DNA from: the human T2T-CHM13v2.0 reference genome, Homo sapiens
NCBI RefSeq assembly: GCF_009914755.1
Contig: NC_060925.1
Length of the DNA stretch: 64,000 nt
Direction: 5' to 3' (one strand)
Each line of letters opens with the position of its first letter. Positions within the stretch are counted from its first letter, which is position 1. This document shows positions 27,316 to 64,000 of the stretch, one piece after another. The notes beneath the pieces were generated by a model, which searched no databases, was not told where the DNA came from, and saw nothing but the letters and a program-made list of their open reading frames with translations. The position numbers and the translations under genes were made by a program.

Positions 27316-27744
<429 letters not shown>

Positions 27745-27880
27745 CTAGATTTACAGAACACAATTATAAAAACAAACCAAACTGTTAATTCCTTTTTTCA
27801 AACTCAAGGTAATAAACAAACCTATTTGACTTTGAAAAGAATCTCTTTACAGAAACTACCACAGAACAGAGGCACAGTAG

Positions 27881-28075
<195 letters not shown>

Positions 28076-28380
28076 TAGTAGAGATGGGGTTTCACCATGT
28101 TGGCCAGGCTGGTCCCAAACTCCTGACCTCAGGTGATCCACCGGAGTCGGCCTCCCAAAGTGCTGGGATTACAGGTGTGAGCCACGTGCCCATCCTATTT
28201 ATTTATTGTTTATTTAGAGATAGAGTCTTGCTCCATTGCCCAGTCTGGAAGTGCAGTGGTAAGATCATGGCTCACTGCAGCCTCAACCTCCTGCACTAAA
28301 GCAATCCTCCTGCCCCAACCTCTGGAGCAGCTGGGACTACAGGTGGGTACCACCATGCCTGGCTTTTTTTTTTTTTTTGA

Positions 28381-28533
<153 letters not shown>

Positions 28534-29181
28534 TAATTTTGTATTTTTAGTAGAGACAGGGTTTCTCCACATTGGTCAGGCTGGTCTCGAACTCCCAACC
28601 TCAGGTGATCTGCCCACCTTGGCCTCCCAAAGTGCTGGGATTACAGGTATGAGCCACTGCACCTGGCCGCCTGGCTAATTCTTTTAATTAATTTTTTATA
28701 GAGATGGGGTTTCACTATGCTGCCCAGGCTGGTCTCAAACTCCTGGCCTCAGGCCTCCTGCCTGGGCCTCCCAAAGTGCTGAGATTAGAGGCATGAGCCA
28801 CTGCACCTGACCGATCTTTACTGATTTAAACTGAAAGTACTTTCTCTTACAATGATGTAATTTTAAGAACAAATGTGTTAAAATGTAACGTTCAGAAGAA
28901 ACAATCTATTCAACATCAAATTGCCAAATAATGTTGCAACTTTACTATAATTATTATTACTCCTGGGCCCAGCATATCAACATCTAAAGTGCAGCACTTA
29001 ACACCTACTATACCCAAGGCACAAAGTGAAGGCTCCTGCATAACATTCACAATGTAAAGATATGGTCATGTAGATTCTAGCAAGCATTGCCTCAAAGTGT
29101 AATTTAATTTCATTTTGGTATTATATAACATCCACCACATCAAATGTTATTATGAAAAGAGCACTGGACCCTTAAGAGTCA

Positions 29182-29301
<120 letters not shown>

Positions 29302-29328
29302 CTACTAAAAAAAAATTTTTTTTTTTGA

Positions 29329-29523
<195 letters not shown>

Positions 29524-30394
29524 TGAACTCCTAACCTTAGGTGATCCACCTGCCTTGGCCTCCTAAAGTGCTGGGATTTCAGGCATGAGCCACTGCGCCC
29601 GGCCTCTACCAAAAACATTTTTAAAAGTAGCCAGGCATGGTGTCAGGCACCTGTAATCCCAGCTACTCAGGTGGCTGAGGCAGGAGAATCACAGGAACCC
29701 GGGAGGCAGCGGCTGCAGTGAGCTGAGAGCACACCACTCGCACTTCAGCCTGGGCGACAGAGTGAGACTCCGTCTCAAAAAAAATAAAATAAAATAAAAA
29801 AGAGCCAAAAGAGCGCCAGGCACAGTGGCTCATGCTCCCAGCACTTTGGGAGGCCAAGATGAGAGGATCACTTGAGCCTAGGAATTCTAGAACAGCCTGG
29901 GCAACATGGTGAGACCCCATCTCTATAAAAAATTAGCCAGGTATGGTGGCGCATGCCTGTAGTCCCAGATACTCGGGAGGCTGAGGTGGGAGAATCACCT
30001 GAGCCTGGGAGGTTAAGGCTGCACACCACTGCACTCCAGCCTGGGCAACAGAGTGAGACCCTGTCCCAAAAAAAAAAAGTCAAAAGATGAGTTTGAGTCA
30101 TGATTCTGACACTCATAGGTGTGATCAGGGGCCTGACATTTAAAACTCTCAGTGTCCTCAGCTTCTAGAAGGAAGCCTGGTGGTTAGGTTCACAGACCAT
30201 AGAGCTAGAATGCCTAGGTTTGAATTCTAGCTCTACTATTTATTATTAGCTGTGTGAACTAGGGCAAACTACGTAAATTTTCTATGCCTCAATTTTTGCA
30301 TTTTATGATGGGGATAATTATAGTTTCACTTCACAGAGTTGTTGTTAAGATTAAATTTGTTATTCTACGTAAAGCAGACAAAATAATGTCCATC

Positions 30395-30706
<312 letters not shown>

Positions 30707-31726
30707 AATAATGTCCATCTTATGAGAAGCACTATATTTGTATTTGCTTTACTAGACAGAGACCAGATTATGGAAAACCTTCGTACTAATTGAGCCATGC
30801 TGCTTCATAATTCTGGTCTCTGCACTGCTACTGTTGCTTCCTAGTCTGCCTTTCTCTTGTGTCTAGTAATCACCTATTAAACTTTGAAGACAGCTCAAGA
30901 ATCCTCTTGCCTACAAAGCCATTCCTAACCGTTCCCACCCCTCCAGAAGTGACTCCTTTTCCCGAAGTGCTTCCATTCTGCCATGTGCAGATTCTCTTAG
31001 CCTTTACAGGGTTTCATTGCACGTATGTGTTTAAATGTCTACTTAAGTGTAACATTAATGTCTCTTAAATGTCTACATAAGAGTGTAAGAGTGACTTTCT
31101 TGGACTGTGTGTGCATCATCACTGTATTCCCAGTCAGATGCCAGAAATCAAAGTGGAATGAGGACCTGTGAACTTCACAACTGTATAAGAGTCAAACTCA
31201 AACATGTGCATAAGGGCATTAGAACCCAGGTCACTAGGAACTGAGGTTCCAGCTCTCAAGGAGGCCCTGGGTGAAGAAAGGCAACCTAGGAAGCATGAAT
31301 AGTAATCATGAACATAACTAATCATGCTACCAGGCAGACTGTCAAATGCTCATGTCACTGCCACGACTATGGCTGACGGGAATCATGGCAACGAGTCTCG
31401 CTGCCTCCCAAGCTTTGGAGAGGGTGTTCACCGCATCTCAGACTTGCCTGCATCATAGCACTCATGCCTTTTCCAGTTGTAAATAGATAAGAAAACTGTA
31501 TCAGAATTGGTCTGTCATTCCACGTGTGCTGCCTGAAGGCAGAGACCTCACTGCTCCTCCCTATATTTCACTGCCCTGCATCCAAACAACTAAAGGCAGG
31601 CTGAACAAATGAATGAAGGGCTGAGGCTGAAAGAGTGCAGGCACAGTGCTAAAGGCGTCTGGTACCGGTCTGGTGCTCGCTCACTCGCTGTGACTTTAAG
31701 CAGAACCCTCCCCGAAACTTCGTTTC

Positions 31727-31757
<31 letters not shown>

Positions 31758-31949
31758 GAAACGGAGAGTCTCACTATGTTGCCCAGGCTGGAGTGCAGTG
31801 GCGCGAATTAGGCTCACTGCAACCTCCACCTCCTGGGTTCAAACGATTCTCCTGCCTCAGACTCTCGAGTAGCTGAGATTAGAAACTTAGTTCCTCCATC
31901 TGTTGCATAAGGTGGTTGGCTCGGATTCTCATCCCCAACCTCCCTTCTA

Positions 31950-32835
<886 letters not shown>

Positions 32836-33070
32836 TAGCCAGGATGGTCTCGATCTCCTGACCTCGTGATCCGCCCGCCTCGGCCTCCCAAAGTGCTGGG
32901 ATTACAGGCGTGAGCCACCGCGCCCGGCCCGGGACTTCCTATTTGTAACAGGGCCACTCACGTTAACTTTAGCCATCAAAACTGGGGGCGGCTGGGCATG
33001 GTGGCTCATGCCTGTAATCTCCGCAATTTGGGAAGCCGAGGTGGGAGGATTGCTTGAAACCGGGAGTTCA

Positions 33071-33241
<171 letters not shown>

Positions 33242-33264
33242 CTAGACGACAGAGTGAGACCCTG

Positions 33265-34370
<1,106 letters not shown>

Positions 34371-34534
34371 GAGACCCTGCTTTTAACAAAACAATAATAG
34401 GCCAGGTGCGGTGGCTCACGCTTGTAATCCCAGAAGTTTAGGAAGTGAGGCGGATGGATCCCTTGGGCCCAGGAGTTCGAGACTAGCCTGGGCAACGTAG
34501 TGAAACACCCTCTCTACTAAAAATACAAAAATTA

Positions 34535-34696
<162 letters not shown>

Positions 34697-35863
34697 TTAA
34701 AAAATGACGAATAGATAATAAAATAATTGTTGTTCTAAGCTCTACGGTTTGGAGTGGTTTATCAAGTTGCACTAGATAACAGGACCAATGGCCATTCTCT
34801 TTTTCCCATGCATTCCTGCAATTTCCTAATCTTTTGAAAGCTTCCTTTTTTTTCGATTAATTAATTTTTTTTTTTTTTTGAGACAGTCTCACTCTGTCAC
34901 CAGGCTGGAGTTCAGTGGCACAATCTTGGCTCACTGCAACCTCTGCCTCCTGGGTTCAAGTGATTCCTGCGTCAGCCTCCCGAGTAGCTGGGACTACAGG
35001 CATGCGCCACCACGCCTGGCTAATTTTTGTATTTTTAGTAGACAAGGGGTTTCATCAGATAGGCCAGGATGGTCTTGAACTCCTGACCTCGTGATCTGTC
35101 CGCCTCGACCTCCCAAAGTGCTGGGACACAGCCGTGAGCCACCGTGCCCAGCCTGATTCATCTCTTAAATCTTGAGTTGCTTTAGCTTCCTGCCAGTTAA
35201 AAGGTAGAGTATGATTTCTGTAATAAAAATAAAGGAGCTTGACTTCATTCAACAATATTTATTCATTTATTTTTAGAAATGAGGTCAGCTTATGCTGCCC
35301 AGGCTGGACTCAAACTCCTGGGCTCAACGATCGTCTTGCCTCAGCTTCCCAAGTAGCTAGGACTACAGGTATGTGCCATGGAGGACTGGCTTCAACAATA
35401 TCTTGAGTGCCTAATATGTGCCAAGCAGTGTCTTAGATGCTTGGTGTTGCAGATACAGCAGTTAATGATTAGGACTTGTCATTTTTTCCAGAAGGAGGTC
35501 TGCTTAGACCCTGAAAAAAAAAGGGGGGGACTCATATCCTAAAACCAGCCTATCTTTGCCTTGCCATGAACTGACTGATCTGGCCACAGGAGGCCTGAAG
35601 TCTGACTACCCCTCTATAGAAACACAGAGATATTCTCTCTTTGGTATTACCTCAACCAAGACTTGGAAATTACAGCATGGGTTTGAGGTAAGAACTAATT
35701 ATAAGTAAGAAGAGCAGTCAGCCCCATATCTGCCATCCATTTCAAATCCTTATGTTTAAACTAGCAAATGTTTTTCAACGAACTAGAGGGTTTTCTCTTC
35801 TATTGTGGAAAGTAGTTGAGAGATTGCTTCAGTTTAAACTCACTTTAAATTATTCCCTGAGGG

Positions 35864-39513
<3,650 letters not shown>

Positions 39514-40279
39514 CCTTATGGATTCCTCCTGGCTCTTACTGCTTCTAGCACTTACATTATGGCACTCACCATAAAGGATTGTCATCCTCTTTTCCATGTC
39601 TTCTCTATCACACTAGGAGCCCTTTGAAGATTAAGTGCTATATCTTATTTGTTCCTGTCTCCCCAGGACCTAGCATAGAACCTGGGACGTGCTAAGTGAA
39701 TAATATTGGATGAATTGAAATCTTACAGATTTTCCCTTGACTTCCCATTTGGTGGTGGGAAAACTGGGCTGAGAGCCAGGTCGCTGACAACATCTCTTCT
39801 CCCGAACTTTCCTCCTCACTATCAATTCATGCCTAGCCCCATGCTTATTTATTATTATTATTAAGTACACAGGAAATACTTAGTAAATACTTATTAAATA
39901 CAGGGTATTCCCTAAAATGTTTGTTTCGTCTTGACCATAATTATTCTCATTTCTTCCCTAAGGGATATTTGTGTGTATATATGTGTGTGTGTGTCTGTGT
40001 GTTCATATGTGGTGGGGGAATAACTTAACAAGGGCAAGCTCTCTAAACTGTGGAAGACAAAAGAAATCTTTCAAAATTTGGGTCTTGGCTCACAAACAGT
40101 CTTCCCACGGTCTGCTAGAGATCTCTCTGGGAATTTGCTGGCCACCTCACAATATTCATCTACTCCATTTGGCCAGAGACTTGTCAGTGGGGCGGGGAAT
40201 TATTGTTTTTAGAGTAGTGAATGAAAGATATTCCACTTTGGCAAACAATTGCAGGTCCTAAAATATTTGCATTTTATTG

Positions 40280-46570
<6,291 letters not shown>

Positions 46571-48158
46571 AAATGAAATGCAGGCTACAAAATATACAGT
46601 GTGAGTAAAAAAGGGACTAAAGAGTTCATGTGACCATACCAGGCACAGAAACTGGCTACTTCCTGTAGGAGCACGTGGCCTGGGCCCTTTCCTGAGGGGA
46701 GAGAAGGGAGAGGTGCACCTCTGACTTGGGAAGAGCAGAGCTGGGTGGAAGTGGTGGCCTTGGGGGTTTCTGTGCCTTCTGCTTCCTGGAAGGGAAGGGG
46801 GTTCACCACCCAAGGTGCAGGGGTACAGGGGAGGCGGTGGCAGCCGAGAGACTGAGCTGTCAAGTTCCGTGTTTTGGGATAGGTCTCAGGGTGCACACAG
46901 TGCAGGCAGAGATCAACCTCTTGCACAGTAAGTTTCCCAACTAGGGCAGTGTCAGGGAGTGCCCTAGAGGACAAGAAGGGGAAGAGTTGCCAGGGCGAGA
47001 CTCCGCCAAGCCACTTATCTGGACAATCAGCCACCACAAGGTCTCACATTGTACCTGGACTCTGAGACGACTGGGACCCTGGGGCTGTGCTTGAGAGCGT
47101 GACTGGCCACTGTGGGGGTGTAGGGGGACTGTTCGTACACAGGGTTCTCCCTGATACTTTTTTTTTTTTTTGATAGAGGGTCTCACTCTGTTGCCCAGGC
47201 TGAAGTGCAGTGGCATGATCTTGGCTCACTACAACCTCCACCTCCTAGGCTCAAGCGATCCTCCCACCTCAGTCTCCCAACTGGCACCACAGACACGCAC
47301 CCAAGCCCTGCTCATTTTCGTATTTTTAATAGAGAGAGGGTTTCACCACGTTGGCCAGGCTGGTCTCCAACTCCTGGGCTCAAGTGGTCCGCCCACCTCA
47401 GCCTCCCAAAGTGCTGGAATTCCAGGTGTGAGTCGCCGGCCCCAGGTACTTGTTCTTGAAGACTACTCAGGCCTGTAATCCTAGCACTCTGGGAGGCTGA
47501 GGTGGGAGGAATGCCTGAGGCCAGGAGTTCGAGAACAACCTGCTCAACATAGGGAGACCCCTATCTCTGCAAAAAATTACCCAGAAGCGGTGGCATACTT
47601 GTGGTCCCAGCTACTCAGGAGGCTGAGGTGGGAAGATCACTGGAGCCCAGGAGGCCCAGGCTGGAGTAAGCCGTGACTGCACCACTACACGCCAGCCTAA
47701 GCAACAGAGACCCAAACAAACAAACAAACAAACAAACACCCAAAAAGGACTGCAACGGGTTGGGGGCAGGGTAATAAAGACACTACTTCCTCCACTTCTG
47801 TCAACAACCCTGACCTGGCTGGTTTGTCAGCCCTCCCGTCTCTGTCTTCTATGATGTCAAATTCTTCTGCCCACTTGGCTCCAGAAGTGGACTCCCATCC
47901 TCCAAATCACCATATCCATGCCAGAAAATGCCAGGCCAGCCTGTTTGCTTGTTTTCCCTTTTCTGCGCAGTGGGGCCCTTACGTCTCTGCTCAGCCCCAG
48001 ATATGTAACTGTGCAAAGTCTGTCACTGAGAAACCTCTACTTGCATTTCACATCCATCTTCTTGGCTCCGAGTAGGACACTAAAGTCAATTTCTCCTTGT
48101 GACCCTGTGCCTAAGCCCAGGGCCCAATAAACACATTCTGAAGGAATGAATTCATCCA

Positions 48159-48164
48159 TTTATT
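48159..48164 (-). terminator. HECTD3: Probable HECTD3 polyadenylation signal AATAAA
   Basis: tttatt on the plus strand, ~930 nt past the HECTD3 stop codon. Confidence 0.7.
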
Positions 48165-49090
48165 CAACTTTCCGGTATGCAAGAACTTCTTTTCATGGAG
48201 TGTCACGGAGGCCCTGAGGGAGGAACGGTAAACTGGGGCAGGGGTGTGCATAGCTCTAGGAACAGGTTTAAGGTCTAGGCTTTAGAGTTGGGGAAAGGGG
48301 AGCTATTACAGATTTCAAAAAGGCCATAACTGGCCTTAACCTGTGCAAAATCTTGGGGGTGAAAGGGCAGACAGGGAGTCAGGCTGGAGGTGATGGAGAA
48401 GTGAGGAATATGGGGAGGTCGTGGTAGTAGAGTTCACATTGAGTGGATGTGGGTTCTGAGTCAGGGAAGGTGGTGGCACTTTGTGTGTTGAGACTGGGTT
48501 GGTAGAAGAACAGAGCTCACCACATCTCTGGTATGGAGGGAGAGGGGAAAAGAGCAGTATGTGAGGGCAGGTGCTCAGCTACTGCTTCCTTCTTGGAGCA
48601 GGTGACCAAGGAGTTTGGCTATCACTCCCTGCCCATCCCAGGCTCCCTGCTTGGGGAGGGGCCTCCACTAACCTCCAGTGTTTTATGTTTTTAGTTGTGA
48701 GTCATGGCTGAAGAAAGCCAGAGAGAAAATAGGAGAAAAAAGGCGGAGCTGAAAATGGAGGCAAAGTCCATGGGTTGGGGACCTAGATGGCCCCCTTCAA
48801 GTAGCTCAGGCCTGGCAGCTTGTGCTGGGCTTGTGGAAGATTCCCTCTTAAGAGGTGAAATACCTCGGGAAGCAAGCCCCAGCACGGGTAGGGCTTGTGG
48901 GTCTGCGGGGCTGGGCCACTAGTGTTACCTGACCATGCCAGCTGCCCCTACCCCAACTGCACACAGGAGCAGGGCACATGGGGTTTTGCTGAGCACGTCA
49001 GCCAAACCAGGGCAGGGAAGGTGTCTTCGCCCTGGGCAAGGCCAAGAGGGACACGTGCAGTCTTGCTGGTCCCACAGCCGGCGGCACGCC

Positions 49091-61092
<12,002 letters not shown>

Positions 61093-61148
61093 GTGTATAC
61101 CTTTACCCTCAAGTACCACTAACACAGATGATTGATCGTTTCCAGGAC

Positions 61149-61154
61149 AATAAA
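61149..61154 (+). terminator. UROD: UROD polyadenylation signal AATAAA
   Basis: AATAAA 57 nt after the stop, followed by a GT/T-rich element (ttgtgtagttttgtttgt). Confidence 0.9.
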
Positions 61155-61994
61155 AGTTTCGGAGTTGAACTATTGTGTAGTTTTGTTTGTGAAAGATTGT
61201 GCCCATATCCTCAGTTCTTCTTAGCCTCTGCTCCTTCCCTGGGAACCCTCTCTATATCCTCTTCACAAGTCATGGGGGTTAGGTATCAGTGAATATGTAC
61301 TATAGCACTTAAGGATTCTCATTCCCATCTTACTCTCAGATACCTAAGTCCCAGAACTACATGGGGTAGGGTAGAGCTTTCCTAGCAGTTCAGGTTGTGA
61401 CATTTGCAGAAAAACGGGTGGGGTCCTCACAACATACAAAGGCCAAATTGATAGGGCTTTATGTCTGGGGAGGAAGGGAAGTATACATCAAAAAGGGGCA
61501 CAGAAGGGGTTAGAACACTTCAGAGAGGCATGGGGAAGAAGATGGAGTCTAGGCAAGCAGGGAGAAGCTGAGGGACCCTCAGCTTTGACACCAAAATATA
61601 TAGAGGACATGAAAGCTCAGAGCTAGGTTGCTTAGGATTGGAGCTTTAGACAAGTCGATCATCACCAAAGCAAGAAGTCCTCTGAAACCAAAAGACCCTC
61701 TGGCAACTCAAGGTTGCTTTATATTCTTTTCTGAGCATCCCCTTTAATTTTCTCAAGATCTTGGTTATTCCACCCTTCCTGGTGGTACCTGCTTCCCAGG
61801 ACAAGGCTCTGAGGTGTCTGTAAGCCCTGGGGAAGGGTCTGGTATGGCAAGAAATTCTTTATCTGTCAGTCATTCTGCATCTCCTTAGACCACTAGGCAC
61901 CCACTGTGCTGTAGGCTGAACCAGCTCCCTGGCCCAGCCAGGGCAATGCAGAAAGGAGAGATGGGTTTCATTTAGTGAGAGAACACAATTTCTG

Positions 61995-64000
61995 CTTTTA
62001 GAAAAATGATCTTTTATGTGATCCATGATTTATTCATAGAAAAGCACTGTGAATTCACACACTTGCTAAAAAAGGGCAACTGTGATACAGAAATGAGAGT
62101 GGCTTCTCTCTTTTTTTTAACCAACCCATTGGGCTGAGACGTAGGGGCCCTTGGCTGGACAGTAAGACTTGAGTAGCCACAAATGGCAAATACAACTTCT
62201 TGGTCAGTTTGGAGTAAAAAAGGTGACAGTTTGTCGAAGAAAGAAAAAGTAAAGCAGATGGAGAAGTTCTTAGTTCACATTCTAGCTATACCACCCCTTC
62301 CCTATCAAACCCCACCCCCAACTCAGGAACTAAGACATGAAACAGTAAACACCAAGACACTGGTTCCAACTGACTTTTCTGAGTGCCCTTGCTACCTCCT
62401 ATAACAATTCCAGGCTGAGCACAGGGGTCAGGAAGGTAGCAGGAACATGATACACTATGGAGGTCAGCCAGGGCTAAGACAGGACTGCCCACTAGGGCTA
62501 GAAATTAGGAAGGGAGAGGCTAAGTGCAGACCAGCCCTAGCCTCCAAGTCAGCGAGCAATGAGACTGTGACAAAAGCCGGCGAGGAAGCTTGAGGTAGAA
62601 AGGCAGGGGAAGAAAGCAAGTATGAGGCGAGAAGAGAACTATGGAGCTAAAGCAGCCAATCTGATGGCAGAGGGAGATTGGTGCTTAGAAGCTTGTTTGG
62701 TGAGAGAATGAATAGAGGAGGCACAGAGATGGGGAACAAACGTTTAGCTGGCGAGAGAGATTTAAGAGGAATGGGAAAGAGAAATCTGGCAAAAAGGACA
62801 CATTGATGCAGATCCTCAAACATGAATACACAGACATCCCTACATGTAGAAATACGCTCAGTTACACATATAAAGACACAGATGCATGGATAACAAGCAT
62901 ACACATGGATACAAACATGTTTATACACATGCACTCGTGTACGCAGATACACATACTAAACATGCACAAACATGAGTGCATTTGCACAAAGATGTGCATC
63001 CTCACATGTACACAAAATGTGTATATCCTCACGTAGAAACTCACAGTCCAGTGTGCACATATTCAAACAGGTACACAGCCATAGAACTGACACATACACA
63101 TAAATATATATGTGCACAAACAGGCATGCACAGATGTATCTATGTACATACACACATGTACTTAGCCATAAAGATACACACACACAATTATAGATGAAAC
63201 CACACACTTGCTAACACAAAGGTGACCACAGTAGATGAATATTATGAACTCAGCGGCTTCCCAGACCTTCATCTTCTCCCTGCACTTGTTTCTCAGGTGT
63301 TCAGCAGGCTCCTGAAGAGGCTGTGTGAGGCAGGAGCTTCAATGTCCTCACAGTTTTGTGAGGCAAAAGTCTAAGTCCAGTCCTGGCCTCTGTCCCTCAC
63401 TCACCACTGGACTATAAATGCCCTGTCTGTAGGTGGGGGATTCTGCATAGACTAGACTTGGGTTGATCCTAACTGGCCATTTTTCTCCTTGGCACCCCCA
63501 CTCTTCCACTGCTACCAGCAAACACTCTGCAAGGGAAACCTGAGAAATGGTTGTGAGTCTCCTCAGAAAATAAGCATATCCTCCTACCCACAGCTACTTC
63601 AAGTGCCCATCAAATCAGAAGCAGAATTATAAATAGTTACAAGTTTACAATAATTAGCAACACATATAGTATTTACAGTCCCACAAATGTGTCTGTTTCT
63701 CTGGTTAAGCAATCCCTGAGATGGAACAGTGTTCTGTGTTTGCCAAGGGAGACAGGGCCAATGCTCAGGACACGCAGGATATAGGGGCATGAGGTGGCAT
63801 GTTGTGGGGTTTCTGGTCGATCTGCAGGGCCCAGCTCCTCCATGAACAGTAGGCTGTAGTCAGAAGCTTGCCAAGGTAGGCATTATCGACTAGAGCTGGA
63901 CTTTCCCCATCCTTAGCCCTGTGGTCCTTTGGCCTCATCCACAGGTGCTCAGAGTTCTCTCAGGGTGGACAAATGTTTCAGTGCCCTTGGCCTGACCTGA
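61995..64000 (-). other. ZSWIM5: Probable terminal 3' UTR of ZSWIM5 (CDS lies right of window)
   Basis: Non-coding, free of interspersed repeats, with minus-strand AATAAA at 62034-62029. Identity rests on known EIF2B3-HECTD3-UROD-ZSWIM5 synteny, not on coding sequence. Confidence 0.6.
62820..63210. repeat. Degenerate alternating purine-pyrimidine (CA/TA/TG) low-complexity tract, ~390 bp
   Basis: catacacatggatacaaacatg...cacatacacataaatatatatgtgcac... Confidence 0.85.

Noticed and set aside
46585-47037. 150-aa minus-strand ORF downstream of HECTD3
   Set aside because: Non-ATG start, no recognisable homology, no convincing exon structure.
62647-63207. Cys/Val/His/Thr-rich ORFs
   Set aside because: Products of the degenerate dinucleotide tract.
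63200-64000. Possible ZSWIM5 coding sequence
   Set aside because: No recognisable coding frame; the CDS must begin beyond the right edge.

Overview
Primate genomic DNA, very probably human: it carries an AluYb8 with the diagnostic 7-bp duplication, and the proteins match human sequences as I recall them. It corresponds to the 1p34.1 EIF2B3-HECTD3-UROD-ZSWIM5 neighbourhood. Left half (minus strand): 5' end of EIF2B3 (non-coding exon 1, coding exons 2-3, then a long Alu/L1-packed intron 3 that runs off the left edge). Three processed retrocopies lie within ~35 kb: CCNB1IP1/HEI10 (disabled, antisense inside EIF2B3 intron 3), and PPIA and MRPS17 (both with uninterrupted ORFs, between EIF2B3 and HECTD3). 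Right half: complete HECTD3 (21 coding exons, 861 aa, minus) head-to-head with complete UROD (10 exons, 367 aa, plus). A minus-strand 3' UTR follows, assigned to ZSWIM5 by synteny only. All exon boundaries were read from the sequence (GT/AG, phases and totals consistent). I found no clearly new system. The best leads are an Alu-bracketed 303-nt EIF2B3 exon 2-3 circle that would be a stop-free, AUG-containing ORF; the two open retro-ORFs co-oriented downstream of HECTD3; and the TSD-bounded 2.9-kb CCNB1IP1 retrocopy recording a long 3' isoform.
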